A stretch of 38,907 bases of DNA from Catajapyx aquilonaris. Its lineage: Eukaryota. The stretch spans positions 1 through 38,907 of the forward strand of contig JYFJ02003679.1 in NCBI GenBank assembly GCA_000934665.2, given 5' to 3'. A model generated the notes under the pieces. It was not told the origin of the DNA, did no database searches, and was given only the letters and a program-made list of their open reading frames with translations. The position numbers and the translations under genes were made by a program. This document shows positions 26,601-38,121 of the stretch, one piece after another (positions within the stretch are counted from its first letter, which is position 1; every line of letters starts with the position of its first letter).

Positions 26601-29600
26601 CTTTTGTGTTTCATGTTATTCGAACTGTATAAAGCAGTGGATGTGTAGCACCTCTTGGGAGCCATCTCGAAGTCACTTGACTTGCAGCCTAGACGCTACA
26701 AAATTCCGATAGACTTACTCGGTTACAACTGCACTCGAGAACTGCGCGCGTTTTGCGGGGAAGCCCCCCGTATACACCACATCAAGAGCGTTGCTGAATT
26801 AGAATCATCCTCGAATTACCAAGGACTCGTAATAAGTTATTCCTAAATGCAATTATGAACTGCAGGCAGCTGGTCGCCATTGTTACATTGTTAGCTCCTC
26901 TAGAGGATGTTTTTCTAATGTGCCTCTAATGACACCCCTGTGGCCAGAGTACGTGACAAGTATGTGCTGTATCTGGTACTATACAATCTTCAGCACTGTA
27001 TAGCAATGTAAATGTTAAGAAAACCATCGCCTTTCTTAGAGTTACGAAGCTTATAGCATTATGCTAAGTGTAAGCATTAATGCATTACACAGTAACATAA
27101 GGGTCGAAGTGAAATGTTGCAATATTTTAAATTTTAATGCACTTAATATTTTGATTATAAGCACATCAGTTTGAAACTAGTAACTGCTTAATCTTCAGCA
27201 GCTTAATTTCTAACTGAAATTGACACCTTTTAGGTAGTAGTTAGGATGTCATCCACATGATGCAGTAGCCCTTTAATTGTGTCAGAGTTCGCATTTAATT
27301 TAATGCTACCATATATTATCCTCTCGTTACTGAATATTTTAAAAACCCAGTGACTGTGTAACCCATGTGAACAATTACCCCCAGTTTCCCTTACCCCACT
27401 TATTAAAGCTCCAGCACTTAAATCTAAAAATACAGTATAACTGCTACATTACAAAATCGTACATTAACATAGTTATGCTAATGGAGAGTGAAACTGTGGC
27501 TTCCGCAAGCAGTACAATATGCCGTGTAAATAATTGCAGCAAAATGTCCGCAATGCGCACTAATTTTATACAGCCCAGGAAATTTGTCCACCCCCCCCCC
27601 CCACCCCTACACACACGTCCCGTACTCTCTATTTATACTACAATGTGTATTCCCCCGGGGCATTAACATATCGCTCAGTGGCCCCCGATTAATTTGCAGG
27701 GAGTCTAAAAATTCAAAAGGCATTAGGACTTTAACTTGACGTAGTTGAGCAGAGCTTGGAGGGACGGAGAAGTGGGACCGGAAAAAGTTTGGAAAGTTTG
27801 GACCAAAAAAAAAAATAGTTTTTGCACATCATCTCGTGCCTGACGGATTTCCTCTCCCTCCACACTCCCTCTTCATCCAAATGGACTTCTAATTGCAGAG
27901 AGAATCGTTCGTTAGTCCCTTCCCGTCGCCAGAGTCGGGGAATAAATGCCCGCAGATTAAGAGGAGGAAAAAGCTGGGGGATGGAGGAGAGAACCTGAGG
28001 GAGGTTTGTGGAGGAGGGGAGGAAACCCAAGATTTTATCAAGAACGTTCATTGTGGCATTATGAGTTCCTAGATGGCTTTTGAGCCACCCTGTACCATCG
28101 CAGCCAAGAATTATCGAGCTTCTGAGTCGGCCTGGCACGCTTCTGGCTGTTGACCCCGCTCTTTGCAATAGTCTTCCAGATTACGTTATCATTAAAACTG
28201 GAGGAAACTTGCTGGAAAGGAGCTGGAGGTGCACAACACACCTAGTTTATCGCCACACCGCCCTTGCTTGTTGTTGCATTTTTTTTCTTCTTCTTCAACT
28301 CTCTCCCACCTACCCAGCAGCACCCAAGATTTGTGTTTTAAGCTGCAAAATTGCAGAGCGTGATAAACGGCAGGAATAAACAGGTTGCAGTGGCATAAAA
28401 ACTTCATGCCGAGGTGCTCGAGCATAAGTGTGTTTTCCACAGGCCTGCTAAAGTTGCTAAAGGATTTTCAAGCTAGCAGCGCAAACCAGCAAACTTCCCT
28501 CCAAAAAATATATTTCAAGATAAGCAGGACCTAACTTTGGTTGTCCTTCAGATATTTTTTTTCCGAAGCCAAGTACGATGGACACGTTTTCCTAGGGGTC
28601 TCCACCTGAAAGAAAGTGTGACGTGAACAAATAATAAGGACCGGGGAGGAGAAATAATTTGGCTGGTTCGAGAGTGGGTGGTTGGGAGGAAGAGACGTGC
28701 TTGAGAGTAGAAGCCTCTTTGAATGGGCCTTTGCAGCATTTGAATGGGATCCAATCGATCAGGGTACTGTATTGCCGAGCCACTGAAAAGGAGGAATAAT
28801 AGGGTTGCATTATAGGCCGAGGAGATGCTTAATCTGGGTTTCGGGAACGGGGTTTTATTTGCGACGAGACTCGACCTGCAGTGGGTACAGGGTGGTGCAC
28901 TGCTTAAGTACGTGTCCAACAATGTGTATTGCTTGCTCGATCAGCGAAAGAAACGTTCAAAATAATTAAGGAGGAAAATACAACAATGAGGGGGTAATTT
29001 GCAGAGAATAAAATCCAGGAAGAAATTACAATATAGGAGCGTCACAATATAATTCTGTAATAGTTGCGTAGTTATTGCCTACGAAGAAACATGGTGGAAA
29101 ACAGGGTGCAAATTGGCGTTGATTGGAAACACATTGGCTGAAATGATTGAGCACACTGATTGAATCGGTTCGTAAATGAAACACGGTGCTAAATGTCGAG
29201 TCATTAAATGTGATGTAGGTTACCTCATGGCTCAATTGTATTTTCCATTGTATAAAATGACATATAATCGGGTGTTGTGATTTTCGCCTATTGGCACGGT
29301 GAGGGTCATTCACCCTAGGTACAGGGTGGTATAATGCCCAAGTCCCCAATTGTTTGTTTTAGAAACCAGTGTGAAAAGAGAAGCAACCTGTTGGAAGCAA
29401 CCATTTTTTTTAAAAAAGTTTACTGTGGTTAAGCACTTGAGAGATTTTCATCAGCGCTTAACTGTAAATTAATAAACGGCCTTTTGCACAATATTTCCTT
29501 TATTTACAGTATAAACTTGAGCGAAGTTTTTCTCAGCTCTTTATCGCCTTGATCCGCAAAAAAAATGTAATTACTGTTTTTCATCCACTTGGCCTTCGTT

Positions 29601-32374
29601 CCATCTTCTCTCCGCTCTCATTCAGCGATTGCGAGCCGCTAAGTGAATAACCAAACTTTTCAATGCTCCTAGATTTTTTTTTAAAAAAAACCTAAGAATT
29701 TTTCTGGTACTCTTTTTCCGCGTGTAAAGTTGCAGGAAATTTTTTTTTACCCAACTTTTTGATACAAATAAAATGCCTCTTTTGAGTGTTTTTGAGGGAT
29801 AGTCCAACTCATTTCGAGAGGCCTTTCATCCTCCTCCAACTTTTCATTTCATCTTGAATGAAAAATTCCTCCCCGCTGCATTATCACTTCAATTCCTAAC
29901 TTTTACTTAACCGGTAGATATATATTCGTGGAGATCTCCACGGGGCTTTTGGAAAGAACACCGAGTAGTAATTAATTCCTTTCATACACACACTATAATT
30001 ATACGCCAGATCTGACCTGCAAAACACATTTCTGCCAAACTGACGAAGCTGCTGAGTTTTTGGAGCTAAGTAACAGCTGAAAATTGCTCGAGCATAATTG
30101 TTACTTTTTATAGTCCAGTAATTGTTAATTCCTGTCACACACTGTGCCAGCCCTCTTTACTCCCCAGATAACATATTGCTGCCAACCTCATATCAGCCCC
30201 CCTCTAATTGCGCATATTACTATCCAGATTAGCCATATCAATATTCGGTATGTGGAATCGTAAAATAAAAGTTTGTAATTCGTGTGGCGGAGGCTGCAAT
30301 AATAAAAAAGAGGCCTTATCATGTGTGCAAACGTGAGCGATATAATGCAGGTCCAGCTGAGGTTAGTTCCTCTCTATACATTTTTTTTCTTTCCTTTTTT
30401 TTAAAAAAAACTCTGGCCAACAGTTGCGGTGAGCCATAACTGTTGGCGAGGCAATAGCCTAAAGGGAGCCCTCGTCTGCTTTGGGGGAACATTTCCTGAC
30501 GCTGGCAATTTATAGACGCTTCCATGAGGTAAAAGGAGAGGGGTGAGGAAAAGAAATAAGCCGCACTCGAATTTTCTCTCCCCTTTTTTTCTGTTTCGTT
30601 TGGGCTGGCCAAAGGAGAAGTTGAGCCATCAAGAGCAGCAGTGGATGCCTGGGAAGTCCATAGTTATTTCGTCTGGAGCTTTTTTCCCTTTACAACCTCC
30701 CGTTTTCCTGGCCAGGGGGTATCAGGGGCCAACATCACACTCTTTCTCTTTTCTCTCTCTCCCTGGACCCCCCCCTGACAGCAATGCTCTGCAGATACGG
30801 GTGAGGGCAGGAAGTATGCTTTTTCCAAAGCACAAGTCAGTTGGCCAATGAGCGGAGCAATCGCAGGTCGTTGGAAAGGGCGACACTTGCCAAATTTTTT
30901 TGTGTGTGTGTCCGGTATAGCCGTATCCCGGACAGAATTTTCGGGACGTGTCCCGGAGCTTCATTAATCGATTTTAGCTTTAGTTTTATTGCTTTTATGT
31001 GATGGCGAGCTTCGAGCGGCTCCCCCATCAAGAGAAGGGCCGATATCGCGATTAAGTTTCACGCTGGGTATAGGAGAAGTTTTAAAAATATATATGGTTA
31101 CGTCGTGGTCGTGAGTTGAAAGTGTCGCCTACCCCAACTTCGAATGTGCTGCGTGAACAGATGACATCGGATTCTTTTGTTGTCGTTAATGGGTTCGAAA
31201 ACCTTCGGGTTTGGAAAATGTCCCGCTGGATGTATGTTATAGTGTAATTAAATTTCAGGACGGATTGAAGTGAAACACAATGAAGGCTCTGATTTATACC
31301 GCGTGATGGCCGCGGGAGTATACACATTGTTGTTGTCATCCGCATAACATAATTGTGGCGGATCCATTTGTTGATCAAAATGCTAATTTAATTAAATAAT
31401 GCTGGCAGTGTATATGTTGGCAATTTAATTCTGACGCTATTATATGCTGTGCATGAGGTGTAAGACAATTTGTGTCCAAACTGCAGCAATTTATCTTCCA
31501 TACACAGGCAATCCCAATAATTTAAATATTCTAAAATAAATTAGACGATATTGTATTATTGCCCATTGTTTAAAGATAGAGAAATACTTTACTTCTATAA
31601 AAATCGATCCAGTAAGTTAATTCTATATTAATTAAAATCTGGTTTGATTATGATGTTTAGCCTATATTACGGCCTTATTAAATGGTTTGTTTTTCGACGT
31701 ATGTTCAACGTGTCACCACTCTAACAATTTAAGTGCTTTTCACTGCATATGAGACAATTGTAAATCGACCTCCCACAAAAGGCTTTTTTTTTAGTTATGG
31801 CTGCCAAATGATCGTGATGGCGGCGTAATTTGGTTCGTTAGATGGCCATAAAGTAACACAAAACTGGAGGAAAAGTGGTGAAGGGTAAATATTGACATCA
31901 CAAAGGTAAACGGGGACTGTTTTACAGAAAGGAAACAACTCGGGAGCCGACGGATTGAATCAATGGTTCGGGATTCCCAAATGGATTATGTCAACACAAT
32001 CATGTTCGGGAAAAAAAAAAAGTTGCGTTTGTCACGCGAAGGCGAGAGAGTGCTTATAAGCGGGTCAAAAATATTGGCTCAAAAACAAGTACTCTCTAGG
32101 TATAGACCTTGCTTGTGTAATGCGGGCTGTAAAGAGCTCTGCTCCCGGTAATAATATTTATTTGTTCCTAAGTAAGTACTTTCCATGCTGCATTGCAGGT
32201 GCAAGGAGAGTTGCGGTAATTACTTGCAAACAGTCTGCACTGTACAAGCAAGGGCAGGAAATGACAGTTTAAAATATTGCGGACAAAATTTTGGCCGCCC
32301 TGTGATAAGACTTGTTGCAAAACAGTTTGATAATTGCATAAGCGCGCAGTTATTATTATTATTCACCAACTGTA

Positions 32375-32664
32375 CTCTCTAAAAAAAATAGAGTTAAAAA
32401 AACTCAAGTTGGGTTCTTTTTAACTCTTTTAACCTTGAAAGTGGTCATTACCAAAAATGAGTTATAATAACTCTTTCGCTGGAGTTAAAACAACTCTTTC
32501 AGTTCATTTCATCCTCCGAAAGAGTTATTCATTAACTCTTTCGGAGGATGAAATGAACTAAAAGAGTTGTTTGAACTCCAGCAAAGAGTTATTATAACTC
32601 ATTTTTGGTAATGACCACTTTCAAGGTTTAAAAGAGTTAATTTAACTCTTATTTTTTTAGAGAG
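32375..32664. mobile_element. Fold-back palindromic MITE, 290 bp, TA-flanked
   Basis: TA|CTCTCTAAAAAAA...TTTTTTTAGAGAG|TA. The inner ~100 bp of the arms are nearly identical (CCTTGAAAGTGGTCATTACCAAAAATGAGTTATAATAACTCTTT...CATTTCATCCTCCGAAAGAGTTA) around a 5-nt loop (32528-32532). The left arm has a ~21-bp extra segment. GAGTT..AACTC sub-palindromes recur. Superfamily not determinable. Confidence 0.85.
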
Positions 32665-35600
32665 TACATATTCAGCTCTGTTGTCAATTTCTCTCCCAAT
32701 AACCGGCAAAAGGATTGATGTGTGGCTTTGTTTTAATAAGCCACATGTAGAACTTTTAAACATCCGAATGTGTCCTATACGTAACTATAGTGAAGCGTTG
32801 TGGTTGACAGATGCAGAAGTACCAACCTGAAATTGCTGAATTATTCATCTGCTGATTGTAAACAACAACTTTTGCTGCAGCCATCATTATTGCCCCGTGT
32901 TTATATCAGTTACAATACAATAAGTAATAATGTGTAAATCATGACAAACAAATTGATAAAAAGTACCAAATCCGTCACCTTCTATTTTATGAAAAGGTGA
33001 TGGACACGTAACAGTTCTGTGGATTTATGATTGACAATCAGATAATCAATTTGTTGGAATGCCGGTGAGCTATTGGTACTTTTGTTTACATCAATCTCAA
33101 GGTTCCATCTGCTGGAATGTAGACAGGTCTTAATCACTTATGAAGACAGACCAGCCACACAGCGATGATTGTCGAATCCAATGAGATTTTGCAAAGCCAG
33201 TTATCGTGAAACTAGTACTCCCAATTCATATTATTTCCGATTTTATCCCCCTCTAGCGAGCAACTACAGAAACCCATCGGTGAGCGTTAGCACTCTAATA
33301 CCGATTAGTTCTCTCGATCATTAGCCCTCAGAGACAAATCCTAAATTATCTCTCCTTCAACAAATAAGCGCATGCAAAAACCCCCCCGTCCGCCATTCCC
33401 TTGATTGTTTTTCGGACACAGTCGGTAGGTGTCCAAGCCTCAATTTGCCAGGCCGATCAAAATTTGCACAAAAGTGAGCATTAACTGCAAAGTCCTCCGG
33501 ACGTCTGCAGCTAAGGTAAATCTCGAGGGGGACGAGGATTTTGGAATTCGAAATTGGCGATTGGAAGGGAATTTCGCGATCCGCCCCCTTTTTGAAGGGG
33601 GAGGGAAAAAAAGGCCATCGGATTTTGTGTCGCCTGGATACCAACATGTCTGCTCATGTCCAGAGATTTGACACGCAATTTTAGAGGATCTGAAGTGGGT
33701 GTGAGGGTTGAGGGGTGGTTTGAACCACAAGACAACAAAAAAAAATAGCATGCTTGACCTAACCCCATTTCCTAGACATGTCAGTCGTACAGTCATGACA
33801 AAAAAGTAACAGTATTTAATTATTTCATTATTTCATTAAAATGCCGCATATGGATAGGTCGATAAGAGGTAACTAGTATTCGAGAAAGCGAAGTGGACTC
33901 GTTATATCATTAAAAAATGGATAAAATTATTTAAAAAAATTTTAATCAATGGTTCATAATATGATTAATAACTCCTACAATCCACATTTAATATTCTGTT
34001 ATACAAAAAAGAATCAGCTTTTAATTATTTTGGTTTTGATTAAAATCTCACATCGCACAGCCCAAGACACGAACATTAGTAGTGGAAATTTGATCAAACA
34101 TTTTCTCCTCATTATACCGACCTGAACTTATTCCAGAGGCACAGCACCACGTGAAGCACATCATTGCAAGATTGCCAATAGGTACGACCAGATTGGACCC
34201 GTTCCAAATGCGCTACAAAGCAATCCCATCCTCTCCAAAAAATATTTTTTTTTTATTTACACTGATTCCCAGTCGTCATTAATGCTCCGGATTTCCAGGT
34301 TTGGCTCCCCCCTCCACCTTCAATACCACCCACTCTGTGAACAGGGCGCCTAATTTGTAAGGCGGGCCAAGATGGCATCCGGCCCCGTCCTTGTCCCCGT
34401 CGAACGAACCCCGGATCCGTCGTCCCAGTAAAGTTTCTGGAATTCCAGGCAGCGGACGGAGACACGTCCTTCCAATGCTAATCCGGAGGGGAGCCCAAGG
34501 CGCTTCCTTGAGTTACGGGGGACAAAGGGAACTTTGCCTGATCAGATCTGCTATTGAGCCTCTCCCTGCCTGACTCAGCATAACTTCAGGAGACTCCTTA
34601 CGTGACCTCGGTTGCCCATGCCAACAGTTTGACCCCGAAATTATAAGACCCGCTAAACTGGCTAAACTATTTACAGAGGTCGCAAAATGATTAACCAGCC
34701 CGGATAAACTGTCTTGGTGCCCTAATTTTACTGGAACCATTAATCCGACTGTAAAAAAGTGACTGTGCCATTTAAAACGAGCCATCAGAGATTGATACGC
34801 GACTATAACTCCCAATAACTACCAAACAGCGCACTGCATAACTTGACACAAATTACCCTCCATTTTGTCAGCGGCGCCTAAAAAAAATTGTACGTCGTAA
34901 AATCCGTGGGTTTACAAAATTGAATTTTATACACTGCAAAAAGTTACAACGTGTAATTATCGGGCGGGTTAGAGGGTTGGAGGGGCCACGATCCTTTTAT
35001 GAAATGGGACGCAATGCCCTCAAATTTAATCAAGCCCATGCCAAATATATTTTTTTTTGCAAAACCTGCTGTGGGGTTATTGGAAAAGACGCTCATTTCA
35101 TGCACTGCACCATCGGTCGTAAAACTGGGTTATTTCCATGCAGAAGATGCACCCGTAAACGCTGTCATTGGCGCCTTTGTGGCCAATAGCTACATGCGAG
35201 CCTTTGATGGCAATTAGCTCCCATCAACTCCCCTTTTCGGGGGGGTTCAAAAAGAGGGGGGGAAGTGATGGGAAGGGGGTGTGGATGAACAAAGCAACTC
35301 GCATTTCATTGGGCAAGACAAACCTTTAACACGCAAACCGAGTTCTCTCAAGCGTCGTGCCAATGGTTTATTTAGTGCATTTGACGCAGTCGTCAAACAT
35401 TGATGGCTGGCTCATCAAACTATGAATCCGGGCACTAATATTGCACCTTTTTCCAACTTTACACTGGACCAGGCCTGATTACATAGAATGAGGGATGGGG
35501 ATGAGAGGATGGTTTCAATCTGATGCTATTATATGAAGCGAGCACTATTAGCGCATTTTTCGCCTGATAAGCAACTTTGCATGGGGCTGAATAGCTGCTG

Positions 35601-35876
35601 GGAGTCATTGCAAATCGGTTGTTCTTGCGAGCTGGATTAATAATACAGGGTGAGTCAGAAATAATAGGCGAACACGTTGAGAGACAACTAATAACACGTG
35701 GCTAGTGCCATATCTGGCTCAAATTCCCTTGGGTCTGGAGGGGGATCTGGCTCGAATCCCTAGGTGCATTCTTCCTGTGTGGTCCCGAAACTTCCACCGC
35801 CAAATATGAGGAAAACGGTGGTAGGAAACGACCCACTAAATCCCCGGTTAAGGCTGCTGGACTTGGGCAGGAGAGA

Positions 35877-35905
35877 GGGGAAAAGGGAAGGGCGGGGGGG
35901 GGGGG
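35877..35905 (+). other. G-quadruplex motif with long poly-G run
   Basis: GGGG-aaaa-GGG-aa-GGG-c-GGGGGGGGGGGG. Confidence 0.5.
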
Positions 35906-36626
35906 ACTTACAGATATCCTTGATTCCTTCAGGAGCGTTGACGTGCATGTCACAACCACGATGGCTTCATCCGTCGGCACACAGAGATCAATATGCAGCA
36001 AGGAGAAGTGGTTGGGGTAGAAGGAAGGGGGGGCATGCGGCAAACCTTGGCTTTCAGGCCGAGTTACCTACTCAGACTATTAATAATGGAAGGCTGACTC
36101 CACGTCCATCCAGCAAAAACTAGTCAATTTTAACCCCCCCACTTCAAAGAGCGAGGGAAAAGAAAACGTGTCACCTTCCCCGCCCCACCAAAAAAAAAGG
36201 AGGGCTTTGGTCTCCTTTCTTCTGGCCGGTTCATCGATTTATTGCTAATGAACCTTCCGAGTCACAGTTCCCAGGATTAGTCTAGGAAATCCCCGGATAA
36301 ATGTTTCCGACAATTTTTGAGCGGGGGTCGGCTTAGTGCGTAACACTGGAGGAAAATATTGGACGTGGGACAGTCCGGCGTATCAATAAGTCCCAACATT
36401 TCTCTCGGAATTTCTGGTCGGCTTTTCTCCTGCAGCTCATCCTTCCACACAAAATTGGTACAGCAGGCACGGAGTCGGAGAGGCGCTTCATCTCCGTCAT
36501 AAAGCACCGCAGATGTCGCGTATTTTGGTATCCCATTAAAACCAGATTTGTCTTGAGTGGCGGAGCAGTACTAAAACTAATTCGGCTGCACTTGGCCCGG
36601 AGAGCAAGAATTTATTTTTGATGGCA

Positions 36627-36654
36627 CCCCCCCCCCTTCCCTTTCCCTTCCCCC
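36627..36654 (-). other. G-quadruplex motif (C-runs on + strand)
   Basis: cccccccccc-tt-ccc-ttt-ccc-tt-ccccc. Confidence 0.5.
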
Positions 36655-37979
36655 TCTATACTCTACTTGTGTAATAATGAGATCCCCAGGGGGTTGCGAA
36701 AGGTGTGACATTTTATATTGAAGCGTCATTATTCTTTGGGAAAAGCTGAATTTGTCATTCTCGACGTTGGCTGTCGGGCTCGATCGTCTTTGGCCTATAT
36801 ACTGACTGCCTGGAAAATGGGAAACTATGACCACCAAATGCTGCTTACTAATTTGTGTTCTTATTTGCGAACCTACTTAATTAGTTTAATAAGAATATGT
36901 GGATGTGTCACTAATATACCTCGTCCTTCAATTATATTTCATTTTCATACTAATAAGTATATGTGATGCAATAGACATTCCGCGACTTGACCTCTGCTTT
37001 TTGTATAGCTCCCTTGCCGAGATGTGAATTATTTAATTGTGTAAAGAGGCCAATATGAGCATTGCACCCAGCTTTGCGGAATACCAAATATCTATACCCA
37101 GAGAGACAAGGCTGCTGGAGAGCATGAAGTAACTTGGCAACGGCAGGCAGGCAGGCAGGAAGTGGTCGTGTCGAAGTGTCAACAAGATCGCTGCTGCCAC
37201 TCGAGACTCAAGTCGTGAGACTTCTGCCGGCTCATAATTATGAATTCAGGATTAATCACGAGGCAGAATTATTCCACTCTGAATCAGAATTAACCCCGAT
37301 TAGTTTGTCCCGCGCATATTCAGTTTATAGGGAGGGTGCAGTAGCAAAAATACGGTAATGAATTTCGTAGGTAACCTACATTATTTTTTGTCGCAAAGCG
37401 AGACGTTAATGTCGAAAAACACGAACTATATATTGTAGTCTGTATGTGCCCTGCGCAAAGGTTTGGCATGGACAATGGTCCCACAATTGACAGAATTGCA
37501 TTAAAATTGTGGGCATAAGGCCCCATAAATGTGTCCGATTTCTCGTGATTCCTGCCACCATCTTATTCAAATGGACTTTTCGGGAACCCCGTTTTCCGAT
37601 AAGTTAACTTCAATTCGCCGTAAAGGTCATTTCATGGCCGAAAATTGTAAAAAAAAAAAGACGAACTAGCCGGGACACTATCTAGATTTTTTGGTGCTAT
37701 TTCTGTGGCGATTGAAACATTTTCGCTGCCGTACTGCCTCAGTAATGTAGACGATGTAAAATCCCCCTATGGTGCCCATGCATGAGCGAGTTTGTTGGGG
37801 TCGTCGCCAGAGGTGCTGCTTGTTGCGGGAGGCTGCTTGCTTCGGTTGGCCGTGCTGGTCAGACCCCTTCTGCATTCTGGGAATTCTTCCCCTACCAGCT
37901 TACTATGGCGGATCCATCATTCGCATTCCTTGAGCGTTCCTTCACTCATCTCAGGATTACGTCATCACATTTTTTTGTC

Positions 37980-38121
37980 AATTAGATCAAAAACTTTCCC
38001 TTCAGTAAAAAAAAGAGAAGTAAGACCTCCGCGGCAGAATGAAAGTACTGAAACAAGGCAGGCGCACGTAAGACCTTCACCAATTGATTTAAGCTGTACC
38101 ATAGGTCTTACTCAAGCAATT
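37980..38121 (+). repeat. Left arm of a 142-bp inverted repeat
   Basis: AATTAGATCAAAAACTTTCCC...GGTCTTACTCAAGCAATT is the reverse complement of 38636-38777. No mismatch seen by eye, including the A8/T8 run. Confidence 0.95.

Noticed and set aside
29667..29696. T-run/A-run pseudo-palindromes (also near 29404 and 30395)
   Set aside because: Adjacent low-complexity homopolymers, common in this window.
35712..35764. Imperfect ~20-bp direct repeat ATCTGGCTCRAAT(T)CCCTWGG with a B-box-like GCTCGAATCCC
   Set aside because: Only two copies, with no A-box or cloverleaf to support a tRNA or SINE; probably a local duplication.
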